Assembly: GCA_963723855.1 (NCBI GenBank) | Contig: CAVRSI010000015.1 | Coordinates: 115,815-179,814, forward strand | Source of the DNA: an uncultured Actinomycetes bacterium | GTDB lineage: Bacteria > Actinomycetota > UBA4738 > HRBIN12 | DNA: 64,000 nucleotides | Direction: 5' to 3' | Part shown: positions 33,099 through 43,000 of the stretch, in pieces | Layout: each line of letters begins with the position of its first letter | How positions within the stretch are numbered: the first letter of the stretch is position 1 | The notes under the pieces: model-generated | The model's input: the letters and a program-made list of their open reading frames with translations, nothing else | Told to the model about the DNA's origin: nothing | Databases searched by the model: none | Made by a program: the position numbers and the translations under genes

Positions 33099-35210
33099 AT
33101 GAGCGCGAACGGCGACGTGCGGGTCGGGGGACCCGTGAAGCGGGTGATGGTGGGGACCGATCGCTCCCAGACGGCCGAGCGCGCCGTGGCATGGGCGGCC
33201 GCGTTCGCGGATCGCTACGGAGCCGACCTGCACATCGTCCAGGTCATCCTGCCGGGCAGCCCGACCGACACCGAGTTCGGGGCCGCCGAGGCGACACGCG
33301 CGCGCGGCGCCGCCGACGAGCTGCAGACCTACGCGACCCAGGTCGCCGGCGAGCGCGGGCGGGCCCACGTCGTGATCAACGACGACCCGGCCATGGCGAT
33401 CGTCGACGCAACCGAGGAGCACGCGATCGACGTCCTGGTGGTCGGCAACGCCGGCATGGCCGGCCGCAAGGAGTTCCTGCTGGGGAACGTGCCGAACCGG
33501 ATCAGCCACAACGCGCGATGCACGGTCATCATCGTGAACACGGCGGACGGGCAGGCCGCCGGGACCGCCACCGCCGCGCGTGCGCCTGCCTCCCTGCGCG
33601 CGAGCGCCGCCGAGGTCGAGACGGAGCCGCACCTGATGGCCCGCGGCACCAAGATCGCGACCGTCTTCGCGAAGCATGGGCTGAAGGAGCTCTTCGGCCG
33701 GCCGGACGAGGAGGGCGCGATCGGCCGGGAGCGGCAGGGCAAGCGGCTGCGGGCCGCGCTCGAGGAGCTGGGGCCGACGTTCGCGAAGCTCGGGCAGATC
33801 CTCTCGACGCGTCCCGATCTGCTCCCACCCGAGTACATCAAGGAACTCGCGACGCTCCAGGACAACGTTCCCCCGCTCACCGAGGAGCAGGTCGTCGGCG
33901 TGATGGAGGAGGAACTGGGCGTTCCGTGGGAGGACGTCTTCGATCACATCGAGCCGTTGCCGCTCGCGGCCGGCACGATCGCCGAGGTGCACCGCGCGAC
34001 GCTCGCGAACGGCGAGAAGGTCGTGGTCAAGGTCCAGCGCCCCGACGCCAAGGAGCAGATCGAACAGGACCTGGCGCTGCTCGAGGTCTTCGCCGAGAAG
34101 GTGGGGCACCGGCCAGGGCTGAAGCAGGTGATCGACATGGAGGCGGTGTTCCGCTACCTCTCCGAGTCGCTGCACCGCGAGCTCGACTTCCGCCAGGAGG
34201 CGGGCAACATGCGGCGGATGACGGAGGTGATCGCGCCGTTCCCGCGCCTCCGCGTGCCGGAGGTGCACGGCGACTTCTCGACGTCTCGACTGCTCGTGAT
34301 GCGCGATGTCGCGGGCGGCCCGATCGCGAGCGCGCCCGAAGGGACGCCGCGCAAGGAGGCCGCGCGACAGCTGCTCGAGTCCTTCTACAAGCAGATCATG
34401 GTCGACGGGTTCTTCCACGCCGACCCGCATCCCGGCAACCTGATGTGGCAGCCGGAGGAAGAGCTCCTGTACTTCCTGGACCTGGGCATGGTCGGCGAGG
34501 TGAGCGCCGAGATGCGCGAGCAGATGATGCTGCTGCTGATGGCGTTCTGGCAGGAGGACGTCGGGTTCCTCACCGACATCTCGCTGATGCTGTCCGGTGC
34601 GATCGATCGGAGCGACCTGGACGTCGATGCGTTCAGCGAGGAGATCGGCGAGCTGATGGCCAAGAACCGCGGCGCGTCGCTGAAGGACATCCAGCTCGGA
34701 CCGGTGCTGCAGGAGATGACCGAGATCTCGCTCCGCCACAACGTGCCGCTCCCGGCATCCCTCACGCTCACCGGGAAGTCGCTCGCGCAGATGCAGCTCG
34801 CGGCCGCGCAGCTCGACCCCGAGCTCGACCCGTTCGACGTCGCGGGCAAGTTCCTGATGCGGAACGTCGTCACGGGGATGGGGTCGAAGCTCGACCTGAA
34901 GGCGTTCTTCTATCAGACGCAGAAGATGAAGGTCCGGGCGATGCGGGTGATCGAGGCCGTCGAACGGTTGATCGGCGCGCGTCCGGGTCAGAAGCTGGAG
35001 GTGAACTTCCGCGCCGCATCGCTGGAGACCACGATCCGGCGAGCAGGCAGGCGGCTGGCGCTCGGGTTGACCGCGGGTGCGGCGATCCTGGCGACGTCGC
35101 TCACCGCGCTTTCGACGCGCGTGGCCGGATGGGTCCCGGGCGCCTTCGCCGTGGTCGCCGGCCTGCTGACCCTCGCTCTGCTCGTCGACCTGCTCCGTCG
35201 GAGGGATTGA
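33099..35210 (+). CDS. Universal stress protein - ABC1/UbiB atypical kinase fusion with C-terminal TMs
   Basis: USP: VMVGTDRS, VVGNAGM..FLLGNVPNRI; kinase: LGPTFAKLGQ, VKVQRP, HADPHPGN, DLGMVG; one uninterrupted ORF. Confidence 0.9.
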   Translation: MSANGDVRVGGPVKRVMVGTDRSQTAERAVAWAAAFADRYGADLHIVQVILPGSPTDTEFGAAEATRARGAADELQTYATQVAGERGRAHVVINDDPAMAIVDATEEHAIDVLVVGNAGMAGRKEFLLGNVPNRISHNARCTVIIVNTADGQAAGTATAARAPASLRASAAEVETEPHLMARGTKIATVFAKHGLKELFGRPDEEGAIGRERQGKRLRAALEELGPTFAKLGQILSTRPDLLPPEYIKELATLQDNVPPLTEEQVVGVMEEELGVPWEDVFDHIEPLPLAAGTIAEVHRATLANGEKVVVKVQRPDAKEQIEQDLALLEVFAEKVGHRPGLKQVIDMEAVFRYLSESLHRELDFRQEAGNMRRMTEVIAPFPRLRVPEVHGDFSTSRLLVMRDVAGGPIASAPEGTPRKEAARQLLESFYKQIMVDGFFHADPHPGNLMWQPEEELLYFLDLGMVGEVSAEMREQMMLLLMAFWQEDVGFLTDISLMLSGAIDRSDLDVDAFSEEIGELMAKNRGASLKDIQLGPVLQEMTEISLRHNVPLPASLTLTGKSLAQMQLAAAQLDPELDPFDVAGKFLMRNVVTGMGSKLDLKAFFYQTQKMKVRAMRVIEAVERLIGARPGQKLEVNFRAASLETTIRRAGRRLALGLTAGAAILATSLTALSTRVAGWVPGAFAVVAGLLTLALLVDLLRRRD

Positions 35211-35227
35211 CCTCGTCCGTCGACGGA

Positions 35228-35425
35228 CTAGTCGAGATCGGCCTCGGCGCCCTTCGACGTGATCGTCGTCGGCGCGGGAGCGGGCACCGATCCACCGCCT
35301 TTCTTCACCGAGCGCAGCACGGCCTTCTCGAGCACGAACGCGATCACACCCATGGCCAACCCGACGAACCAGCGCTCGACGCGTCGAAGGCCTTTCGGCT
35401 TCTTCGATCGAGCGGGGCCGGTCAC
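35228..35425 (-). CDS. Small basic hypothetical protein (about 65 aa)
   Basis: GTG at 35425 overlaps the kinase stop; KPKGLRRVERWFVGLAMGVIAFVLEKAV. Confidence 0.55.
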   Translation of the reverse strand: MTGPARSKKPKGLRRVERWFVGLAMGVIAFVLEKAVLRSVKKGGGSVPAPAPTTITSKGAEADLD

Positions 35426-37531
35426 GCCATCGACCCCGACCCGGCCGGCACCGGCAACCGGCCTTCGATCGTGGTCCCCGATCCGGGGCTCGACGTGACC
35501 GTGACCTGCCCATCCAGCGCACCCACCCGGTCGACGATCCCTTGGAGCCCGGTGCCACCGGCGGCCTGCAGCCGGATCGAAGCCGCGGCCGTCGTCGGAC
35601 ACGGTGAAGCACAACGAATGGTCCCGCTCGGCGATCGTCACGGAGGCCGAGGACGCCGAGGCGTACTTCGCGATGTTCTGCATCGCTTCGAGGCACGAGA
35701 AGTACACGGCCGCCTCGACATCTTGCGGGTACCGGGCGATCGCCTCGGCACGGACCTCGACCGGCAGACCCGACTTCCTCGCCTGCGCCTCGAGCGCCGG
35801 GACGAGGCCCTTGTCCGCCAGGAGCGGCGGATAGATGCCCCGGGCCAGGTCGCGCAGGTCCTCCAGTGCCGCGTGCGTCTCGCCCTGGAGCTGGCCGACG
35901 AGCTCTCGCGCCTTCTGCGCGTCCCGCTCGATCAGGCCGTCGGCGAGCTTGAGCTTGACGGCGAGCGCCACCAGCTGCTGCTGCGCGCCGTCGTGGATGT
36001 TCCGCTCGAGCCGCCGGCGCTCCGCGTCCTGCGCGGAGACCAGCCGCTTCTGGGCGGCCTTCAGGTCCTCCAGCCGTGCCTTGAGCGCCTCGGTCAACCG
36101 AACGTTGCTGAGCACGAGGCCGGCCTGGGCGGCCAGATCGGCGATCAGCTTCTCGTCCGACGGCGAGACGGGATCGCTCGACGGCTTGCGGACCGCCAGC
36201 GCGCCCAGGAGCTCGCCCGCCTGCACGACCGGGTACACACGGTCCATGCCCTCGATCTGCGGCACCGACCCGTTCGGGAGCGGGATCGCGCTGCGACCCG
36301 CGACGTCCATCGGCCAGGCGGCGACGTCGCGAAGCTCCCGGTCGACGGCCAGCCACACGTCGGCTCGCTCGGCGCCGATCCCCTCGCCCAGGATCCGCGC
36401 CATCCGCGGCAGCACGTCCTCGTCCGCGTAGGCTCCGCCGACCCGTTCGGAGAACTCCGAGAGCACCTCGTACGGCGTCGCGCGCTTGCCGTAGACCAGA
36501 CGGTTGGCGAACCGCGTGAGCCGCGCGCGCGCCGGTTGGAACGTGAGCGCCACGACCACGGCCGCCACCATCGTCAGGAACGAGTTGTCGCGTCCCAGCC
36601 AGACGCCGACGCCGACCACCACCGCGAGGTAGATCAGCGTGGCGAAGAGCGCGAACGCGCCGTAGATCAGGGTCTTGCGAACGACGACGTCGAGGTCGTA
36701 GAGATGGAACCGCAGGATCGCGATCCCGATGGACAGCGGGAGCAGGAGGAACGCGACCCCGCCGATCAACGCGGTCACTATCGTTTCCTGGTTGTTGAAG
36801 GTGGTGGCGGTGATCCCGACGAGCGCCACCCCGAGACCGAAGACCACCCACTTGATCTGCTGACGCTCCACGCCCGTGGAGCGACGGAACCTGAGGACGA
36901 GCGACGCGACGGACCCCGCGAAGATCCCGGGGAACAACACGGCGATCACCGGATCCAACGACGGGAGCTTCCCGACCGCCGCGACGTACAACGGGTTCGC
37001 GATCGAGATCGATTCGCTCGAGCCCGTCAGCGTCTTCTGGCCCAACGCGAGGTCGATGCCGATCACCGCCACGAACGTCACGCTGAACCACAGGAACGGC
37101 CGCCATCGCGGCGTCGGGACGTGTCCGTCGGGGAACAGCAGCGGCGTGAGGAAGACGACCGGGAAGATCCCGAACAGCCAACCGAAGTTGTTGAGCAGGC
37201 CCATGGCAACGAGCCACCAGCCGCTCTGGCCACGCGTGGCCGCGTACGTGAAGACCTCTCCACCCAGGAACGACAACGCCGTCAGGAAGGACGCCCAGAG
37301 GAACAACAACCCGATCGTGTTGCGGCCATCGCGACTGACGATCAGGGCACCGACGACGCCGAACATCGCGAACGCCACGACGTACGGGACCTGCTGGTCG
37401 AGCGGCTCGCCGTTCGCGTCCACCAGGACCAGCGCCACGGCCGCCACGGCGAGGAAGACAGCGAGGACCACCCACGGCCACCGCGCCGGTCGCGGCGTGA
37501 CGGCCTGAACGGCTTCAGCCGATGACGACAC
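35422..37531 (-). CDS. Multi-TM GAF sensor histidine kinase (HisKA_3; indel near 35560)
   Basis: About 8 TMs, GAF-like region, H box ERRRLERNIHDGAQQQL, EAMQNIAKY, DDGRGF, then GLQGIVDRV..G in the shifted frame. Confidence 0.9.
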
Positions 37532-38792
37532 GGAACACCTCCACCGGCTCTTCGCGACCCTTCACGTACCGCGGGCCGATCGATTCGCACACCACACCGG
37601 GTGCGGCCTTCACCGTCGACGCGGCGGCGACGATCTCGCCACCCGCCGCCTCCGACTGCAACCGCTGGGCGACGTTCACCGCGTCGCCCACGACGGTGTA
37701 CTCCAGCCGGCCGCCGCCCCCGACGGTCCCCGCGATCACGGGACCGGTATTGACGCCGATCCCGACGCCCAGCTCCGGAACATCTGCATCCCAACCCTCG
37801 GCGTTGAGCTCGGTCTGCCGCGCCTGCATCGCGATCGCACAGCGGAGCGCCTGCTCGGCATGGTCCAAGGTGGGCTCCGGCGCGCCGAACACCACCATGA
37901 CCGCGTCGCCCTGGAACTTGTCGATCATGCCTCCGAGGGAGAGCACGACCTCCGCCATCGCGGAGAGATGCTTGCCCACGACCGCGGCGACGTCGCGTGC
38001 CGGGAGCCGTTCGGCGAGCGTCGAGAACCCGCGGATGTCGGAGAAGAGCACGCTCACCTCGACCTCCTGCGGCTCGATCGCCATCTCGGGCTGCGCCGCC
38101 AATCGATCGGCCAGCTGTTGCGGGACGAACGACGCGAGCGTCTTGCGCGACGTCGTCTGCTCCACGACTGCGGCGTGCAGTCGCTTGAACTCGTCGACGA
38201 GACCGGCCCCCGCGCCGTCGCCCGCCATCCGCTGGAACAACCCGGTGACCTGCGAGTCGACGGCCTCTTGCGTCGTTCCGAGGGCATCGGCGATCTCGGC
38301 GTAGCCCAGGCCCTTCGCCATCATGTCCAGCAGCTCCCGCTCGCGCTCGACGGCGTCGCTCCGTCCCGAGAGGCGCTCGGCGATCACGGGATCGACGGTG
38401 CTGCCCCCGGCGTGGACCTCGCGGATCGCGCGGGCGAGCTCATCGCCCTGCGAGATCCGGTCCTTCAACAGGTACGCGAGCCCGCTGTGTCCCTGGCCGA
38501 GCAGCGCGATCGCATACTCCTCGTCGTCGTGCGCCGACAGCACCACCACGCCGGTATCCGGATGGCGTTCGCGGATCGCGTGCGCGCAATCGATGCCCTC
38601 GAGCTGGAACGAGGGCGGCATCTTGATGTCGGTGACGACGACGTCGGGAACGTGTTCGGCCGCGGTCTCCAGCAACGACGGCGCGTCCGCGGCCACCCCG
38701 ACGACCTCGATGTCGTCGTAGGAGTCGAGGAGCGCCCGAACACCTTCGCGGACCAGGACGTTGTCCTCGCCCAGGACCACTCGGATGCTCAT
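37515..38792 (-). CDS. Receiver - LuxR-like HTH - class III adenylyl cyclase fusion
   Basis: REC: GEDNVLVREG, VTDIKMP, VLSAH, YLLK; HTH: ERERELLDMMAKGLGYAEIADAL; cyclase: FSDIRGF, DKFQGDA, EYTVVGDAVNVAQRL. Confidence 0.9.
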   Translation of the reverse strand: MSIRVVLGEDNVLVREGVRALLDSYDDIEVVGVAADAPSLLETAAEHVPDVVVTDIKMPPSFQLEGIDCAHAIRERHPDTGVVVLSAHDDEEYAIALLGQGHSGLAYLLKDRISQGDELARAIREVHAGGSTVDPVIAERLSGRSDAVERERELLDMMAKGLGYAEIADALGTTQEAVDSQVTGLFQRMAGDGAGAGLVDEFKRLHAAVVEQTTSRKTLASFVPQQLADRLAAQPEMAIEPQEVEVSVLFSDIRGFSTLAERLPARDVAAVVGKHLSAMAEVVLSLGGMIDKFQGDAVMVVFGAPEPTLDHAEQALRCAIAMQARQTELNAEGWDADVPELGVGIGVNTGPVIAGTVGGGGRLEYTVVGDAVNVAQRLQSEAAGGEIVAAASTVKAAPGVVCESIGPRYVKGREEPVEVFRVVIG

Positions 38793-38836
38793 GCCGCGTA
38801 CTCCGTCCGCTCGAGACCCCCGTGTACCATCCGCGC

Positions 38837-39506
38837 ATGATCCGCGTGGTGTTCGCCGAGGATAACTACCTGGTCCGCGAGGGTACAGCCGCGCTCCTGG
38901 CCACCTCCGATCAGATCGAGCTCGTGGGGACGGCGACCACCCGCGACGAGTTGCTCGCCGCCGTCGAGCAGTACACCCCCGACGCGGTCCTGACCGATAT
39001 CCGGATGCCGCCCACGGGCACGAACGAAGGGATCGAGGCGGCGAAGCAGATCCGCGCGAGCCATCCGCAGATCGGCGTCGTCGTGCTCTCGCAGTTCGTC
39101 GAGGAGGACTACGCCTACGACCTGCTGAAGGACGGCGCCGGCGGGCTGGGCTACCTGCTGAAGGAGCGGGTCGCCGACGTGGACGAGCTGGTCCGTGCGC
39201 TGGGGGAGGTCGCGCGCGGCGGGTCGGTCCTCGATCCCAAGGTCGTCGAGGCGCTGGTCACGGCGAAGGACCGGATGGCGCACTCGCCCCTGGCACACCT
39301 CACGGACCGCGAGCGCGAGGTGCTGTCGCACATGGCCCAAGGCGAGAACAACGCCGCGATCGCCTCGTCGCTGTTCCTCACCGAGCGGGCCGTCGAGAAG
39401 CACATCAACTCTCTGTTCCACAAGCTCGGCCTCACGGAGGAACCGGACGTGCATCGCCGCGTGATGGCGGTGCTCGCGTTCCTCCGCGAAACCGAGCAGC
39501 GGCTGA
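38837..39506 (+). CDS. NarL/LuxR-family response regulator (true stop probably near 39506, masked by an indel)
   Basis: AEDNYLVREG, TDIRMPP, YLLKERV, LTDREREVL..MAQG..NAAIA, VEKHINSLFHKL; TACCAT 6 nt before the ATG. Confidence 0.9.
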
Positions 39507-39523
39507 CGGTAGCTGTCGGCGGA

Positions 39524-39931
39524 TCATTGCGCCCGGCGCGTGTCGACGATGAACACCGAGCACGGCGCGTGGCGAAGCACCATGTTCGGCACGCTGTCGC
39601 GGACGCGCCATCGGGCGCCCTGCGCGCCGCGGTTCCCGACCACGATCGTGTCCGCGAGCTCCTCCGCCGCCACGTCGCAGATGCGATCGGCCGGCTCCCC
39701 GCGCTCCACGCGTGTGCGGGTCGTGACGCCGGGGAACCGCGTCCGGATCCGCGCCAGGTAATCGTCGGGGTCGGCCGCGCGATCGGGGTCGGCCACCGCG
39801 CGCAGCTCCGACTCGGGCGCGACGTAGAGGACGAGGAGCTCGGCGCCCCGATCGCGCGCCATCCGGGCCGCGTCCTCGACGGCAAGGTCGGCCGCGGCGG
39901 AGGTATCCGTTCCCACCAGGATGGTCTGCAT
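39524..39931 (-). CDS. Universal stress protein
   Basis: ILVGTDTS, GEPADRI, IVVGNRG, SVPNMVLRHAPCSV; AAGGAGG SD. Confidence 0.9.
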   Translation of the reverse strand: MQTILVGTDTSAAADLAVEDAARMARDRGAELLVLYVAPESELRAVADPDRAADPDDYLARIRTRFPGVTTRTRVERGEPADRICDVAAEELADTIVVGNRGAQGARWRVRDSVPNMVLRHAPCSVFIVDTRRAQ

Positions 39932-40011
39932 CTCATGCCTCCTTCGTCGTCCGATCCGAAGCTACTCCGCACTCCGTCCGTGGACGACCCGGCCGCCACC
40001 ACGGTTAGTCG

Positions 40012-40027
40012 GGGGTGCCAGCACCCC
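40012..40027. promoter_or_regulatory. 7-2-7 palindrome GGGGTGC-CA-GCACCCC, putative LuxR/NarL operator
   Basis: Perfect inverted repeat between the divergent USP and M36 genes; the core recurs at 45181-45190. Confidence 0.6.
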
Positions 40028-40137
40028 AGAGTGACGAAGACCTAGGTCGAAGACCGCTCACATCCCCCGCCATTCCGATGACCCGGCCAGGTTCGGGTGC
40101 TAGGTTGCTTCCTCAGTCGACAGGAGGGGGACTCCGC

Positions 40138-42925
40138 ATGCAGCACATCGACGGACGCCGACTGGATCGGCGTCGGATATCCGTGGCTGTGTTCACGACG
40201 GCGATGACGCTCGCCGCGGTCGTGGCAGTCACGGCGCCCGCACGCTCTGCCGGACGCGCGGCGTCCGGGCGCGCGCAGACGAGCCGGGCACGCGGGAACT
40301 TCGACGTCCGCGCCCAGGGAGGCGCCGCGGCGGCACCCAGCGCCCGCATCGCGCGTGCCCGGGTCGAGCTGGCGCGCCGCCTGGGCACCCAGGGCGTGAT
40401 CGAGTCGGATCCGCTGACCGGCACGCTCAGGATGGTCGGGCGACTGGACGGCTACCTGACGGGACGCAGCGCGCGCCCCGCGAAGGCCGTCGCCATCGGC
40501 TACGTCCGATCGAACCTCGCGGCCTTCGGATTGACCAAGGCCGACCTCAAGACGTTCCGCCTGCGACAGGACTACGTGGACATCGCGGGCGTGCACCACA
40601 TCTCGTGGACGCAGGCCAAGCACGGCGTGCCGGTGTTCCACAACGGCCTCCGCGCGAACGTGACGAGCGACGGGCGCCTGGTCAACATCACCGGTTCGCC
40701 GGTGCACGCCATCCGCATCGCATCGGCCGTCCCGGAGCATCACCTCGGACGCGGCGATCAGCGCGGCACGCGTCGACGGGGGTGCGACGGTCGCCGCCGC
40801 GCAGAGCTCAGACTCGGCATCGCTCGTGCTCTTCCCGACGGGACACGGCGCTCGGCTCGCATGGGAGACGTTCACCTGGCCGAACACGCAGCAGCTCGTT
40901 CATGTCGGTCGTGGACGCCCGGAGCGGGTCCGTGCTGTACCGGCAGAGCCTCACGAGCGACGACACCGGAACCGCGACGGCGTGGGAGTTCTACCCGAGC
41001 GACCTGGTCCCCGCCGGCGCGAACGTGGCGAACCCCGTCACGTTCCCGGTGGTCGACGGCACGAAGCTGAGCGGCGACAACGCGCACGTGTGGGCGGACG
41101 TGAAGGACAACAACAAGCCGGACCCGGGCGAGGAGATCCCCGCCGTGTCGGGAACGGATTGGAGCATGCCGGCGATCCTTGACACGACGAACGCCGCGCA
41201 GAACTGCACCACGTCGCGTCCCTGCACGTGGGACAAGAACGTCCCGTTCAGCTGGCAAGCGAACATGGCGCAGAACGCCGCTCAGGTCATGTACTACCTG
41301 AACAAGTACCACGACCACCTGGCCGGAGCGCCGTACGGCTTCACGGCAGCGGCGGGCAACTTCGAGGCGGCGGGAGGCGACCCGGTCCTGGGCAACGCGA
41401 TGGACGGCGCCAACTCGGGCAACGGCCTCCCGGACAAGAACCACTTCAACAACGCCAACATGAGCACGCCACCGGACGGCAAGTCGCCGACGATGCAGAT
41501 GTACCTGTTCCGCGCGCGGACAAGGGCTGCCCGCCTTGCCGAGCGTGAACGGCGGCGACGACGCCGAGGTCGTCTACCACGAGTACACGCACGGCCTGTC
41601 GGGCCGGCTCGTCCTGTACCCGGACGGCACGTCCGGCCTGACGACCCAGCAGGCGCAACTCGATGGGCGAGGGATGGAGCGACTGGTACGCAGAGGACTT
41701 CCTGAACAACCAGGGGTTCAAGCCGGACACGGCCGCGATCGGCGACGTCGTGATGGGCGCCATCACGTTCGCCGGGCTCCTTCGGTCCCAGCCGGTCGAC
41801 TGCCCGGTGGGCGCGCCGGCTCCGTGCGGCGGTACCCAGGGCGCGGGCCCCGGCGGCTACACGTACGGGGACTTCGGCAAGGTTGCCGGCTTCCCCGAGG
41901 TGCATGCCGACGGTGAGATCTGGCTGGAGACGCTCTGGCAGATCCGTCAGGCGCTCGGCCCGGCCATCGCCGAGACGCTCGTGACACGCGCGATGGAGCT
42001 GTCGCCGGGCGGGCCGTCCTACCTCGACATGCGGAACTCCATCATCCAGGCCGACCTGGTGAACTTCGGCGGGGCCAACGAGTCGGCGCTCTGGTCGATC
42101 TTCGCCGAGCGGGGCATGGGGTACTTCGCCGCGTCGACGAGCGACAGCGTGAACCCGATCGAGGACTTCTCGATCCCGCCGGACTGCACCACGTCCGATT
42201 GCGCGACGATCTCCGGCACGGTGAAGGACAAGACGTCCGGAAAGCCGGCCGCCGGAGTGACGGTGTCGGTGCCCGGGTTGGACTCGGGATTCGCGTCGGA
42301 TCTGGCGGACACGACCGACTCGGCGGGGCACTTCTCGATCGCCAACGTGCCGTTCCACACGTACCACCTGTTCTCCGATCGGAGGAGGGGGCTACGAGCC
42401 GTTCCTCGTCGGGAACGTCCCGGTCACGGGAGACGTGAGCCTCGACATCGAAGGTGATCCGCGACTGGGCGTCGATCGAGGGCGGAGCGAAGGTCGGCAA
42501 GTTCACGCCGCCCGACTACGGTCCGTTCGGGTGCGGTCCGGAGCAGTTGGTCGACCTGAACCTCGGTTCGGGCTGGGGATCCGACGCGGTGGGCAGCACC
42601 TCGGGCAGCCACGTCAAGGGCCCCCGCAAGGTCGTCATCAAGCTGCCGAAGGCCGTGGACGTCACGAGCTTCGCGCGTCGCCTCGTTCGGCGCGTGCGGC
42701 GACGGACCCGATGCCGGCGTGAAGAAGTTCAAGATCGAGACCAAGACGAACGGCGGCCAGTGGATCACCGCGTTCGTGGGCAAGGCGCCCAGCAACGACA
42801 AGTTGATGACGTACGTGCCGCATGCCGGCAAGGCCAACGTCCGGTTCGTGCGGTTCACCATGCTGTCGAACCACGGCGACCCGCTCTTCATGGACGTGAT
42901 GGAGCTCTCGGTCCGCGGCAAGTAG
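40138..42925 (+). CDS. Secreted M36 (fungalysin-family) metallopeptidase with propeptide and C-terminal beta domains (several indels)
   Basis: Signal peptide, FTP-like propeptide, NNANMSTPPDG.SP.MQMY, HEYTH, MGEGWSD, EVHADGEIW. Confidence 0.88.
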
Positions 42926-42944
42926 CGGATCGGGCGTCGAACGA

Positions 42945-42974
42945 CGAGAGGGCCGGCATCCGCCGGCCCTCTCG
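42945..42974. terminator. Hairpin between convergent genes (putative bidirectional terminator)
   Basis: 13-bp stem CGAGAGGGCCGGC / GCCGGCCCTCTCG, loop ATCC. Confidence 0.75.
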
Positions 42975-43000
42975 CTCGTTTCCGGTCTCCGAGTGTTGGG

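Noticed and set aside
35228-35560. Histidine kinase extended by a C-terminal hydrophobic tail
   Set aside because: The G2 box continues in another frame ending at 35422; the tail is a separate small gene
32970-37525. 1503-aa and 1444-aa ORFs
   Set aside because: Arg/Gly/Pro-rich off-frame or antisense translations overlapping well-supported genes; no motifs
39506-40045. Long C-terminal extension of the LuxR regulator
   Set aside because: It is antisense to the USP gene; most likely a stop lost to an indel
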